In this document: positions 35,628 through 45,523 of the stretch, in pieces
Numbering within the stretch: the stretch's first letter is position 1
How the letters are laid out: each line of letters begins with the position of its first letter
NCBI GenBank assembly: GCA_964603995.1
Contig: CAZRXH010000001.1
Location: forward strand, 1,975-65,974
Reading direction: 5' to 3'
DNA length: 64,000 nucleotides
Source: an uncultured Bacteroidota bacterium
GTDB lineage: Bacteria; Bacteroidota; Ignavibacteria; Kryptoniales; JAKASW01
The notes under the pieces: generated by a model
Databases searched by the model: none
What the model saw: the letters and a program-made list of their open reading frames with translations, nothing else
What the model was told of the DNA's origin: nothing
Translations under genes and position numbers: made by a program

Positions 35628-36358
35628 TTGTTAAGTCTATTCTTCAGTTGGTCCAAGATTCTTTTTGCCTCCCACCAATCTACCGGGGAGGTGTGAACGG
35701 TCTTGTTAAGCCGGGTTGCCAGCGTAGTTGCCTCGTCGTAGCCGAAGGTTCCTCCGGTCCCGCCAATATTGTGCGTTATCTTGCGTATCGTCTCCACATC
35801 CTCATTTCGAACGGCGTCATCGAGTTGCCCGACCTGCTCTTCAAAATACTTTACGAACTCTTCGACCATGCCGCGGACGAAATCTCTGTATTCGTCCTCG
35901 TTGACCCCGAAGGGATTCTCCTTCTCATTCCGATCCAGATCCATTTCCGGATCCCTGGTAATAATCGACTTGACGAATTCATCACCGAAGGTCTGTTTGA
36001 GCTTTTGAAGCAGCACTTCTTCAGTGAGGGGTTTGGTAATGACCGAAGTAGCACCGAGTTTGGTCGCTGACACAACGTTTATTCTGTCCGAATACGCTGT
36101 CATAACAACTACCGGTATGCTCTTCGTCAACTCGTTCGACTTAAGCACTTGAAGCGTTTTGAACCCGTCCAGACGCGGCATCATAAGATCGAGAAAGATC
36201 AAATCGGGTCTCGAGGAGAGTGCTATTTGGAGCCCTTCGTAGCCATCAGAAGCCACGAACACGTTGAGTTTCAGCCTCCTGAAACAATCCTCGGCAAACC
36301 GTTGCACGACTTTCGTATCCTCGATGATCAGGACGGACTTCTTCTGATCCTCAGCCAT
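35624..36358 (-). CDS. response regulator receiver fused to HPt-like domain
   Basis: Receiver ([14 protein letters not shown]) followed by a helical C-terminus with [21 protein letters not shown], an HPt-like His context. Confidence 0.7.
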   Translation of the reverse strand: MAEDQKKSVLIIEDTKVVQRFAEDCFRRLKLNVFVASDGYEGLQIALSSRPDLIFLDLMMPRLDGFKTLQVLKSNELTKSIPVVVMTAYSDRINVVSATKLGATSVITKPLTEEVLLQKLKQTFGDEFVKSIITRDPEMDLDRNEKENPFGVNEDEYRDFVRGMVEEFVKYFEEQVGQLDDAVRNEDVETIRKITHNIGGTGGTFGYDEATTLATRLNKTVHTSPVDWWEAKRILDQLKNRLNK

Positions 36359-36632
36359 TCTTCTTTCCGCTGCCTTCGGAGTCCGGCGGGTCCTTCGTTG
36401 ACTTCTTTGGGAGAATGTTCTTCAGCACCTTGGCTTTTTCCCTGTCCACCTGCGCCGACGCCCTCTTGTTCTCCGACGCTATCTTCTCGTATACTTCTTC
36501 CCTGTGTACCGGGATCTCGTCAGGTGCTTCAATGCCCAGCTTGACGCTGTTGCCATCGACTGACACCACGACTACTTTGATCTTGTCGCCGATCTTTATT
36601 ACTTCGCCCAACTTCCTTGTCAAGACTAACAT
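36351..36632 (-). CDS. csrA: carbon storage regulator CsrA (C-terminally extended)
   Basis: [48 protein letters not shown]. 93 aa. Confidence 0.9.
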   Translation of the reverse strand: MLVLTRKLGEVIKIGDKIKVVVVSVDGNSVKLGIEAPDEIPVHREEVYEKIASENKRASAQVDREKAKVLKNILPKKSTKDPPDSEGSGKKNG

Positions 36633-36647
36633 AGTTGCCTTCCATGG

Positions 36648-37046
36648 TCAGTTAATTCTGTATGCAGTTGAATATTTGTCCGAATTGAGAACAACTTGCT
36701 TGCCTATTTTTCGTGCGTCGTTAAGAACAATAGGAGCCTTCAGGTTCGCCGTAATCGGTTCCGGGTCGCGGCGAAGGACTATGACGACAAAAGCCGCGGA
36801 CGATCTGTCATCGGCCGGAAGCTCCCTGTAAATCTCCGGGGCGACTATAGACGCCTCCAGTAGTGCCAGGCCGACATTCGGGTCTTCCACGGACAATAGC
36901 CATCTTAGCGGCTCAGTGTCCTTGTCATCAATAATAATGAAGTTGTGAAGTTCTTCAAAACCCGGCAGACCATTCGGAAAATGATAAACAATGTTTTCAT
37001 CAAATTCCAATTCACCGAACTGCCTCGTCACGAGTTTCGCTTTCAC
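36648..37046 (-). CDS. fliW: flagellar assembly factor FliW
   Basis: FGELEFDENIVYHFPNGLPGFEELHNFIII...PLRWLLSVEDP pattern. I chose the GTG start at 37046, preceded by GAGGAG. The ORF extension to 37166 would overlap motB. Confidence 0.85.
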   Translation of the reverse strand: MKAKLVTRQFGELEFDENIVYHFPNGLPGFEELHNFIIIDDKDTEPLRWLLSVEDPNVGLALLEASIVAPEIYRELPADDRSSAAFVVIVLRRDPEPITANLKAPIVLNDARKIGKQVVLNSDKYSTAYRIN

Positions 37047-37083
37047 CTCTATATTCTCCTCAGTATTTTTCCGCGAAGCGGGA

Positions 37084-37785
37084 TCATTTTGGCGTGATGC
37101 CGTTGAGTATGACAATGTCCACTCTCCTGTTTTCTGCTTTGTGCGCCGGAGTATCATTCGGAACAAGAGGGTGATATTCTCCGTATCCGACGATCGCCAC
37201 TTTCTCCGGCCTGATAGGGTAATGCTGCAACAAGTAGTAACCTACATTCAACGCCCGGGCAACGGACAGGTGCCAGTTGGACGGGAATCTCGCATTGTGA
37301 ATAGGGGTGTTGTCAGTATGTCCCTCAATGCGAATGTTGTTGGGTATCGACGCCAGGAGGAAACCGAGCGTGTCAAGGACAGATAGAGCCGCCGGCTTAA
37401 TTCTGTCGTCTCCAGGGTCGAACATAAACTTCTCCAGGAAGTGAATCGTAACGCCGCGCTCGTCTATGGTGACCATAGCTCCGCCCTTCTTGAGAACCTC
37501 TCCAATAGCGGACTTGACCTTTCGCTCCATAGCCTCGGAAGCTTTCATCGGAGGTACCGCCTCAGGCGACTGCATGATTCCCTCGCTGCCTGGCATCGGG
37601 CCCTGCGCCTGGCCGCCGCCGAACACGTTCTCAAAAGCCGATACAAAGGCATGATATTTCTTCATGTCGACCTGTGAGCTGGCGTACAATATCACAAACA
37701 ATCCGAGGAGCAGAGTAATCAGATCCGAATAGGTCAGCAACCATCTTTCAAGATTGTCGTGTTCTCCGCTGTGTTTCTTCCGCAT
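37084..37785 (-). CDS. motB: flagellar motor stator protein MotB
   Basis: N-terminal TM with conserved Asp (WLLTYSDLITLL) and a C-terminal OmpA-like domain. Confidence 0.85.
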   Translation of the reverse strand: MRKKHSGEHDNLERWLLTYSDLITLLLGLFVILYASSQVDMKKYHAFVSAFENVFGGGQAQGPMPGSEGIMQSPEAVPPMKASEAMERKVKSAIGEVLKKGGAMVTIDERGVTIHFLEKFMFDPGDDRIKPAALSVLDTLGFLLASIPNNIRIEGHTDNTPIHNARFPSNWHLSVARALNVGYYLLQHYPIRPEKVAIVGYGEYHPLVPNDTPAHKAENRRVDIVILNGITPK

Positions 37786-38561
37786 CAGATTTCACCCTGG
37801 TCGCTGCTTGGAAGCATGGATCTGAGCTTAGCGGCAACTATCGCCGGTATCTCGCCCGCCTGCAGGGCGAGCACGCCTTCAAGTGTCACTTCCATTATCA
37901 GATTTTCTTCGCCGTGGATTGTCTTCAACTTGTCTGCCAGTGGAAGCCAGATGATGTTGGCAGTGAAAATGCCCCACAACGTTGCGATGAATGCGCTGGC
38001 AATATGATGGATCAGATCGTTCGGATCTCCACCAGCGTTGGCAAGAGTGACAATAAGGCCCATCACAGTACCGATGATTCCCATCGTCGGGGCGTATCCT
38101 CCCATCTTCTGGAACACAAGCGCGTTGGAATTGTGGCGCTCGTTAAGGAATCCCATTTCTGCTTCCGCAACCGCCCGCATTGTTTGCGGATCGGTGCCAT
38201 CGATTGCAAATCTGAGCATCTTTTTTAGAAATGTGTGCTGGATGCCGGCAAGTTCTTTCTCAAGCGCAAGAAGTCCGTCTTTGCGAGCCACCGTGGCATA
38301 TTGGACGATCGTTCCAATTAACCTCTCGACGTCGTGTTTGGGCGGCATGAAAGCTATCAAAGCGAATTTCCATATCCTGCTGAACTGCTTGAACGAAGTC
38401 CCGATCATCGCCGTCGCAAAGGTTCCGCCAAACACGATGGTCATTGCAGGTATCATTATAAGAGCGCCGATTTTCCCGCCTTCCATCAGGAAAGATCCAA
38501 AAATCGAGAACAGGCCGAAGGACAGCCCAACGATGGTGCCTATTTCAAGAGTCTTCTTCAT
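37785..38561 (-). CDS. motA: flagellar motor stator protein MotA
   Basis: MotA/TolQ/ExbB channel pattern (PTMGIIGTVMGLI...ALVATLWG-like) adjacent to motB. Confidence 0.9.
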   Translation of the reverse strand: MKKTLEIGTIVGLSFGLFSIFGSFLMEGGKIGALIMIPAMTIVFGGTFATAMIGTSFKQFSRIWKFALIAFMPPKHDVERLIGTIVQYATVARKDGLLALEKELAGIQHTFLKKMLRFAIDGTDPQTMRAVAEAEMGFLNERHNSNALVFQKMGGYAPTMGIIGTVMGLIVTLANAGGDPNDLIHHIASAFIATLWGIFTANIIWLPLADKLKTIHGEENLIMEVTLEGVLALQAGEIPAIVAAKLRSMLPSSDQGEI

Positions 38562-38562
38562 T

Positions 38563-39447
38563 TTACAGGAAGTTCACGAGTGATAGTTTAATTAGCTGCG
38601 CCCCTGTTTGCAGAGCGGCATTGAGCGCGGTCTGCTGCTGCTGCATCTTGATCACGGCATCGGCAACGTCGGTGTCTCCTAAGTTTGACATCGTCGTCTG
38701 CAGAGATTGAGTCTGCGAAGTGATCTGTGATTGCACAAGTCCTATTCTATTCAGCATCGCACCTGCCTTCGCGTTTGAGCTGACCATCGAGTTGAGATAA
38801 TTGTCTACAGTTGTGATGTCTGCCTGTGTCGGTGCAGTTCCGCTGTTGAGCTCGTTCTGAATCGTGATAAGATCGTTGAACATCTGTCCGCCGTTGAAGG
38901 CCTCCTGACCAGTCACGTTGTACTGTTCGGATATCTGGAATCCTACATCCAGCTTCAGTGCGCCGTCGACGCCATCGGGGTTGGCTAAGACAGCCGTCCC
39001 GCCAGGATTCATATAAAATGGCTGCGTCGTAGTCTGCGTCCCACCGAAAATGTACTTGTTCCCGAATTTCGTGTTCGCCGTATCAAGCAGCTGGCTGATG
39101 TATTGTCCCAACTGTGTCCCGTAATCCTGCTGGTCTTGCGGGTTCGAATCGTTCGCGGCGGAAAGGAGCATCGTCTTGATGTTCGTCAGGCTGGTCACCG
39201 CGCTGCCGAGCGCATTCTCTTGCATCGAAAGAAAACTTTGGGCGTATTGAGCGTTGTCGTTATAAGCGCCGTTCTGATTGATCTGGTTCTGGATAATCAT
39301 GAGCCGCTGGTTGAGCGTGGGATTGTCTGACGGTGTATTGACCACCTTGCCGGATGCTATCTGCTCCTGTAGTTGATCGACGGACTGGCGATCCTGTCCC
39401 AACGAGTACAGGATGTCGTTGACTACCTGTTGTTCATTTACTCTCAT
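38563..39447 (-). CDS. flgL: flagellar hook-associated protein 3
   Basis: Flagellin-like N- and C-terminal helices (SDNPT..., ...LSLVNFL). Follows flgK. Confidence 0.8.
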   Translation of the reverse strand: MRVNEQQVVNDILYSLGQDRQSVDQLQEQIASGKVVNTPSDNPTLNQRLMIIQNQINQNGAYNDNAQYAQSFLSMQENALGSAVTSLTNIKTMLLSAANDSNPQDQQDYGTQLGQYISQLLDTANTKFGNKYIFGGTQTTTQPFYMNPGGTAVLANPDGVDGALKLDVGFQISEQYNVTGQEAFNGGQMFNDLITIQNELNSGTAPTQADITTVDNYLNSMVSSNAKAGAMLNRIGLVQSQITSQTQSLQTTMSNLGDTDVADAVIKMQQQQTALNAALQTGAQLIKLSLVNFL

Positions 39448-39448
39448 A

Positions 39449-40831
39449 TCATCCCACCATTCCGATTATTGTCTGGTACATTTGGTCCGCGGTCGTCACG
39501 ACCTTTGCCGCGGCCTCGAATGAATGCTGATACTGTATCATATTTGTCAGCTCCTGATCCAGCGAGACACCGGAGATCGAGGTCTGGTATGCCGTCATCT
39601 GGTTCTGTTCAAGCTGTAAAGACTGCACGCTGGTGCTCGCTTGTTGTGAATCTGTGCCGACCTGATTCACCAGAGCCTGGTATGCGTTCAGAATGGACTG
39701 GCCGTTACCCATGACAGGAGTATTGAGGACGTTCGCTATCGCAGCAGCATTGCCACCATCTCCGGGATCACCGGACGATGATGCGGCAATATTGTTCAGG
39801 CTCGCCTGTATGTCGGGCGAGATCTGGATGCTCCCGGCCGATGTTCCCTGGAAAAAAGTCTTTCCAGTCTGCGCCGCACTACCGCTCGTCGCAAGGGTAT
39901 ATCCCGTGGAGTTGAACGAATTTACCGTCTTGACGAGAGTATTGGCGATGTTATCCAGCTGTTCGGAATAGGACGGCAACTGATTGTCGAATGAATTGAT
40001 GAGACCGGCAACCTCTCCAGAAGAAATTGTCGCCGGGATGGACGAGTCTGACCTTCCGACGGTTATTCCGGTGGAAGTCTGGGTCATCTTGAACTGGTAC
40101 GCATTCCCTGCGGCGACCAGGACCGCGCCTCCGGCAGTAACGTTTGTTACGCCTGTAGGATCGGTCACAACTTTGACGTTTACAAGATTGCTGAGCTGTG
40201 AGACAGCGCCGTTGAGCTGGTCCTGCAGATCAGACGAGTTCCTGGAGGTTCCAGCGTTTGCCTGGATCTGCTGGTTTATCGATGCGATCGTGGATGCGAG
40301 CTGGTTTATCTGATCCACATCGGATTGTATTTGCTGGCCGACCTGGTACTTGGCATTTTGGAGCTGATTGTTCAGAGCGTTGAACGTTGTCGCCACACTG
40401 ATACCCGTCTGCATCACCGTCTGACGTATTCCTGTGTCCTCGGGGTTCTGAGACAAAGTCTGGAAAGCGTTGAAAAACGCATTGAGCTGTGATATCAGCC
40501 CGCTGGTGGAAGAAGCAGTCTCGTTAAAGATACCTTCGACACTGGAGAGAGTCTGCTGGTTTATGGTAGCCTGACTCAAGTCTGAATTGAGGCTGGTGAC
40601 TTGGGAGTCCACATAAGCGTTCCTTACGCCTTCGATGCGACTTATCTGCACGCCCATTCCGAGGTAACCGTATGTAGTCAGCATCGGCGGCGCCGCCTCA
40701 GTAACGACGCGCTGCCTTGTGTAGCCGTCTGTACTCGCGTTGGCTATATTATGCCCGGTCGTCTCAAGTTCCGCTTGGGAAGTGTTGAGAGCGTCCCGTG
40801 CTATGTTCAATATGCTACCTATGCCGGACAT
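39449..40831 (-). CDS. flgK: flagellar hook-associated protein 1
   Basis: N-terminus LNIARDALNTSQAELETTGHNIANASTDGYTRQ and C-terminus EELTNMIQYQHSFEAAAKV. Confidence 0.9.
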   Translation of the reverse strand: MSGIGSILNIARDALNTSQAELETTGHNIANASTDGYTRQRVVTEAAPPMLTTYGYLGMGVQISRIEGVRNAYVDSQVTSLNSDLSQATINQQTLSSVEGIFNETASSTSGLISQLNAFFNAFQTLSQNPEDTGIRQTVMQTGISVATTFNALNNQLQNAKYQVGQQIQSDVDQINQLASTIASINQQIQANAGTSRNSSDLQDQLNGAVSQLSNLVNVKVVTDPTGVTNVTAGGAVLVAAGNAYQFKMTQTSTGITVGRSDSSIPATISSGEVAGLINSFDNQLPSYSEQLDNIANTLVKTVNSFNSTGYTLATSGSAAQTGKTFFQGTSAGSIQISPDIQASLNNIAASSSGDPGDGGNAAAIANVLNTPVMGNGQSILNAYQALVNQVGTDSQQASTSVQSLQLEQNQMTAYQTSISGVSLDQELTNMIQYQHSFEAAAKVVTTADQMYQTIIGMVG

Positions 40832-40841
40832 CGCTCACCAA

Positions 40842-41285
40842 TCAGGCTTTCTTGTCAACAAGTTTTCTGGTCCCGTTCTCGGTCAGGATTCGAATATTTT
40901 GCTTGATGAATGCAATCGAATGAAGAAGAATGACGTTCGCAATGCCATTCTTCTGTACCACCTCTTCGTAATTTTTCCTGAAACCGGCGTGGATCTTCCT
41001 GTATTCCTCCGCCCATTCCCTGCCGATCTTCTTCGACAGTGCAACAGGGTCGTTCAGATCAGTCTGGGTCAGAGCCATTCTCTTCAGGACTGCACTCCTC
41101 TCCTTCTCGGCAACGTGAATCTTGTTCAACTCGTCGATCTCTTCACTGACAATGTTCTGGATTTCCTCGGTGTTCAGCTCCGCGATAGCGGCGAGCTTTC
41201 TTTTCAGGATAGGAAGCATCTTCTCAAATTCTGCCGCCTCGCGTTCCGTGGTTTCAATAAGGTCCCTGTTGTCATTGTGTGCCAT
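40842..41285 (-). CDS. flgN: FlgN-like flagellar chaperone
   Basis: 147-aa helical protein directly upstream of flgK. The assignment rests mainly on position and composition. Confidence 0.5.
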   Translation of the reverse strand: MAHNDNRDLIETTEREAAEFEKMLPILKRKLAAIAELNTEEIQNIVSEEIDELNKIHVAEKERSAVLKRMALTQTDLNDPVALSKKIGREWAEEYRKIHAGFRKNYEEVVQKNGIANVILLHSIAFIKQNIRILTENGTRKLVDKKA

Positions 41286-42087
41286 CGCTCACCTCGCTTG
41301 CATCAAACATGTTCAAGTAATTCATCACTCTCTTGACGTAGTTCTGCGTCTCGGGATAAGGGGGTACACCGTCATACTGGTCGACTGCTCCTGGTCCGGC
41401 ATTGTAAGACGCCAACGCTAACGTAAGATTTCCTGAATACTTCTCTATCAGACTTTTCAGATACCTGGCACCGCCCATGATATTTTCCCGCGGGTCGAAG
41501 GAGTTCGAGACTCCCATGTCCTTCGCGGTGGAATCGGTAAGCTGCATCAGCCCTTTTGCATTCTTAGAAGACAGTGAATCTGACTTTCCTGCCGATTCCG
41601 CAGCAATTACAGCCTTTATCAGGTTTGGCTGCAGATCATAGGTGCCTGCCGCCTCCTTTATTATATCGGAGTACTTGCCCACATTCTCCAACACCGAGCC
41701 GGAGCTGTAAGCCTTAATTTTTTGCAACACGCGTGCCTGAGCATCGGTCAGCCCCTCAGGCATGATGCTCGATTCAGAAGCCGAGATCCCTGGAGTCTGC
41801 GAGTCTATGTCTTCGCCGGTGAACTCCTTGTAGAGCATATTGCCTATGCCGAGATTGGAATTGTCGGCAATGTATTGCGACAGTTTCATGTTGAACAGAC
41901 CGGTCATGATATCGTTGCCGTAGCCTTGTTCGTTGTCGCTTCCATCTATCTTCTCGGTTTCCTGCATCGATTTCAGCATATACTGCATGAATACAGCTTC
42001 GAAGTCCTTGACAGCAGCTTTCAGCTTTGTCTTTTGCTGTTCGGTAAGCTGAATGTGACCTACCGATGTATTTTGGACTTTATCCAT
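41272..42087 (-). CDS. flgJ: FlgJ rod-binding domain fused to lytic transglycosylase (SLT) domain
   Basis: N-terminal FEAVFMQYMLKSMQE (rod-binding) and C-terminal AAESAG...GLMQLT...SYNAGPGAV (SLT motifs). Confidence 0.8.
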   Translation of the reverse strand: MDKVQNTSVGHIQLTEQQKTKLKAAVKDFEAVFMQYMLKSMQETEKIDGSDNEQGYGNDIMTGLFNMKLSQYIADNSNLGIGNMLYKEFTGEDIDSQTPGISASESSIMPEGLTDAQARVLQKIKAYSSGSVLENVGKYSDIIKEAAGTYDLQPNLIKAVIAAESAGKSDSLSSKNAKGLMQLTDSTAKDMGVSNSFDPRENIMGGARYLKSLIEKYSGNLTLALASYNAGPGAVDQYDGVPPYPETQNYVKRVMNYLNMFDASEVSDGTQ

Positions 42088-42092
42088 CGTAG

Positions 42093-43184
42093 TTACATTA
42101 TTATCAATTCTGCTTTCAATGCGCCTGCGGCTTTCAGCGCCTGGAAGATGGCAATTATGTCACGTGGTCTGACCTTGAGTGAATTCAGTGCGGTCGCGAT
42201 ATCCTGCACCGTTGCCGCACCGTTTATTGCGACCATGGAATTGGTGTCCTGAACCGCCTGTGCCGTTGCCGCCTGCATGACTACAGTCTGTCCTTGTGAG
42301 AACGGCGCAGGTTGCGAGATAACCGGGTACGCCTGAATTTCTATGTTCAGATTTCCATGAGATATCGCCACCGGCAATACCGTCACGTTCTGTCCGACCA
42401 CCACGGTACCGGTTCTTTCGTTTATGACGACACGCGCCACGACATCCGGCACAACCTGCAACATTTCTATTTGAGAAATGAACTGTACCACTTTGTCCTT
42501 CGACTGAAACTGTGCGGGGACCTTCACGTTGATCGTCCCGCCATCAATGGCATCTGCCACAGTATCTCCGACGCTCTTGTTGATTGTGTCGGCGACGCGG
42601 TTCGCGGTCGTGAAGTCTTCCTGCGAGAGGATGATCGACAACACCCAGTTGTTGATGAAATCCACCGGCGGTGTTTCCTGGACCAGGCCACCGTTTGGAA
42701 TTCTTCCGGTTGTCGTGAAGTTCCTCTGTATCTCCGTTCCTGCCGCACGTACGTCGAAACCACCGACCGACAACGGGCCCTGCGCCGTGGCGTAGATCTT
42801 CCCGTCCTGTCCGATCAGGTCCGTCAGCAGAAGCGCGCCGCCCTGCAGGCTTGTGGCATCACCCATCGATGATACGGTGACATCAATTGAAGCGCCCTTG
42901 CTCGAGAACGGAGGAATGGATGCAACAACCATTACTGCAGCCACATTCCTCATCCGCACCTGGGACTGATTTACGGTGATGCCAAATCTCTTCAACATGC
43001 TGGCGACCGACTGCTGCGTGAATATCGACATTTGAGAATCGCCGGTACCGTTCAGACCCACAACAAGACCATAGCCTATCACCTGGTAATCGTTTACGCC
43101 TTTCACGTACGCTATGTCTTTTATCCGCGTAGCGTATGCGACGGACGTAATCAGTATCAATACAGCAATAGTCTTTTTCATCAT
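42093..43184 (-). CDS. flgI: flagellar P-ring protein
   Basis: RIKDIAYVKGVNDYQVIGYGLVVGLNGTGDS and a conserved C-terminus (IFQALKAAGALKAELIIM). Confidence 0.95.
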   Translation of the reverse strand: MMKKTIAVLILITSVAYATRIKDIAYVKGVNDYQVIGYGLVVGLNGTGDSQMSIFTQQSVASMLKRFGITVNQSQVRMRNVAAVMVVASIPPFSSKGASIDVTVSSMGDATSLQGGALLLTDLIGQDGKIYATAQGPLSVGGFDVRAAGTEIQRNFTTTGRIPNGGLVQETPPVDFINNWVLSIILSQEDFTTANRVADTINKSVGDTVADAIDGGTINVKVPAQFQSKDKVVQFISQIEMLQVVPDVVARVVINERTGTVVVGQNVTVLPVAISHGNLNIEIQAYPVISQPAPFSQGQTVVMQAATAQAVQDTNSMVAINGAATVQDIATALNSLKVRPRDIIAIFQALKAAGALKAELIIM

Positions 43185-43189
43185 TCACC

Positions 43190-43753
43190 TCAGAAGAGCC
43201 AGTGGAATAGTTTCGTCAGCCATCCGGGGCTTTGAGATTGGTCGATCGAGCCGGATCCCTCGAAGATTATCTTCGCATCGGAAATCTGGGACGACGAGAT
43301 TGTGTTATCGGGCTGAATGTCTGACGGACGGATAATTCCGCTCAGTTTGATTATCTGATCCTGACCATTCACGGATATCAGTCTGCTTCCCTGTATCTCG
43401 AGATTCCCGTACTGGTCAACCTTCACAACCTGAGCGCTGACCGTGGCCTGCACGCTTCCTTTTTCACTTGTCGAACCGCTTCCCTTGAAATCGTTGTTTG
43501 TTCCGAGCGTCAGGGCACCTGAGGGCGTATTGGCCGCGCCGTATGCCGCCGAACCGTTTGCGCCGATAGTGCTTGCTCTGCTCGTATTTGTGGAGGCATC
43601 CTTCGACGCAGAGTTTTCTTCGACCACGATAACCGTAACTGCGTCACCCACTTTGGAAGCTTTATAGTCCGAAAAGAGCGAGTTCGTCGGACTCTGCATG
43701 ACCTGCCCGTACGACACTCCGGTCATAAGAAATATCAACATCATCTTCTTCAT
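43190..43753 (-). CDS. flgH: flagellar L-ring protein
   Basis: SLFSDYKASKVGDAVTVIVVE pattern. I chose the start at ATG 43753 (MKKMMLIFLMTG signal, GGAG upstream) rather than 43837. Confidence 0.9.
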   Translation of the reverse strand: MKKMMLIFLMTGVSYGQVMQSPTNSLFSDYKASKVGDAVTVIVVEENSASKDASTNTSRASTIGANGSAAYGAANTPSGALTLGTNNDFKGSGSTSEKGSVQATVSAQVVKVDQYGNLEIQGSRLISVNGQDQIIKLSGIIRPSDIQPDNTISSSQISDAKIIFEGSGSIDQSQSPGWLTKLFHWLF

Positions 43754-43846
43754 CAGCTCAACTCCAGTTTTCCAGAAACGGACACAGGTACGAAGCGGTA
43801 ATGCTCTGCGTCTCTGCATCTTTGTTCCTTTGCACATTTCTCATTT

Positions 43847-44557
43847 TCAATTCACCAGGACAACTTCGCCTTTGCCAATGACCTTGGCGCGAAGATTATC
43901 CCTGTACTCGTTTGCTACTCTTATTACGTCGTCCAGCCTGCCATCCTGAAGGGCGCTTCCCTGATCGCGCACCGTGATATTCTTGGTCCTGAAAACGATC
44001 GTTATATCCTGTCCACGCTTGACAATCGGCTCGTCCTCAAACATGTCGAATGTCAGTACCTTGCCGCTCTGGATCCAGCGAGTGGTCCACTTCCCCTTCA
44101 GCTGAGCCAGGCTTGACACAGGATTGGAAAGATCAGTCGTCTCAGTCCTGACCTGGCTGACTTCATCCTGCTCAATTTCACCGTGAGGACTTATTGTCTG
44201 CGCAGCGACCAGGACCTTCTGAAAAGTTCTGATCTTGACCGTCACAGGAATGATCTGGGTAAATCCCTTTTCTCTGCCTGCCGGGCGTGCCTTGACAAGA
44301 AACGTCACTAGGCCTTTCATCGTGGCAGAGTTGGCGGAAGCTACCACCAGGTCACATTTTTCATAGCCGACCGGATAGCTTTGCCTGATGTCCTCGAATT
44401 CGATTGACGTCTCAAGCGATGGAGAGAGCGATTGTTTTATATAGGATCCAACCGCGTCTCTAACAGCAGCTCCGCTCACCGTCTGGGCAGAGGCCGCCGC
44501 CGCCAATACCACTGAAAACAGAAGAGCCAATAATCCCTCCAAGCCAACGCCTTTCAT
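43847..44557 (-). CDS. flgA: flagellar P-ring assembly chaperone FlgA
   Basis: Signal peptide, a SAF-like C-terminal domain (GDVIRV-like DDVIRVAN...), and position upstream of flgH. Confidence 0.8.
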   Translation of the reverse strand: MKGVGLEGLLALLFSVVLAAAASAQTVSGAAVRDAVGSYIKQSLSPSLETSIEFEDIRQSYPVGYEKCDLVVASANSATMKGLVTFLVKARPAGREKGFTQIIPVTVKIRTFQKVLVAAQTISPHGEIEQDEVSQVRTETTDLSNPVSSLAQLKGKWTTRWIQSGKVLTFDMFEDEPIVKRGQDITIVFRTKNITVRDQGSALQDGRLDDVIRVANEYRDNLRAKVIGKGEVVLVN

Positions 44558-44568
44558 CTCAATCCCTC

Positions 44569-45357
44569 CTATTGCTTAAGGTTATTGGCAAGCTGCATCA
44601 TGCTGTCGGCTGTCTGTACAGCCTTTGAGTTCAGCTCGTAAGCTCTCTCGGCTTCTATCATCTTAACCATCTCGTTCACTATCGATACATTCGATGATTC
44701 CAGATATCCCTGCTGGATCGTTCCGAAACCTGTCGTGTTTGCGTCGCCGAGAATCGGAGTCCCTGATGCCGCAGTCTCCGTATAAAGGTTGCTCCCTATG
44801 GCATGCAATCCGTCGGGATTGATGAATTTTGCAAGCTCAATCTGACCGAGAGTCACCGGATTCGTCTGTCCCGAGACGGTCGCCTGGACTGTCCCGTCCA
44901 CACCAACCTGTATTGCAGTAGTGTCCTGCGGAAGTGTGAAGCCCGGCTCGATGAGATAGCCGTTCGAAGTGACGAGATTGCCGTCCGCTGACACCTTGAA
45001 CGATCCGTCACGAGTATATGCTTCGGAACCGTCGGGCATCCTAACTCTAAAAAACCCATCGCCCTGGATCGCAAAGTCGAGCTGGTTCTGCGTAGGACTA
45101 AGATCGCCCTGCCCGAAGTCCCTTGTTGTCGATGACGGAACGGTACCGTCCCCTACCTGAAGCTCGGCGGGCGGCGTCCCTCCCTGTTGATCCGGTATCC
45201 CTGTAGCCCGAAGCGTCTCGTACATGAGATCCTGAAATTCGACCCTGGTTGACTTGAATGAAGTCGTATTCACGTTTGCCAGATTATTTGCAATCGCATC
45301 CACATTCAGTTGCTGCGCGTACATTCCTGTCGCGGCCGTCTTCAACGCTCTGTCCAT
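44569..45357 (-). CDS. flgG: flagellar distal rod protein
   Basis: MDRALKTAATGMYAQQLNVDAIANNLANVNTTSFK and C-terminus GYLESSNVSIVNEMVKMI. ATG 45357 is preceded by GGAGGG, and the GTG at 45369 lies inside that SD. Confidence 0.9.
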   Translation of the reverse strand: MDRALKTAATGMYAQQLNVDAIANNLANVNTTSFKSTRVEFQDLMYETLRATGIPDQQGGTPPAELQVGDGTVPSSTTRDFGQGDLSPTQNQLDFAIQGDGFFRVRMPDGSEAYTRDGSFKVSADGNLVTSNGYLIEPGFTLPQDTTAIQVGVDGTVQATVSGQTNPVTLGQIELAKFINPDGLHAIGSNLYTETAASGTPILGDANTTGFGTIQQGYLESSNVSIVNEMVKMIEAERAYELNSKAVQTADSMMQLANNLKQ

Positions 45358-45523
45358 GTTTCCCTCCACTTATAAATTCTTATTTTGAAACTTCTCGTTA
45401 TCAATTTCACATATGTCTTCGTCAATGCTCCGATAACCGTCTTCGAATCACTTTCGGCGGTGACGATGCCGCTGTCGAGTATGCAGTGGAGCCGGCCCCG
45501 CGAACTGCTCAACGTCACAAGGA

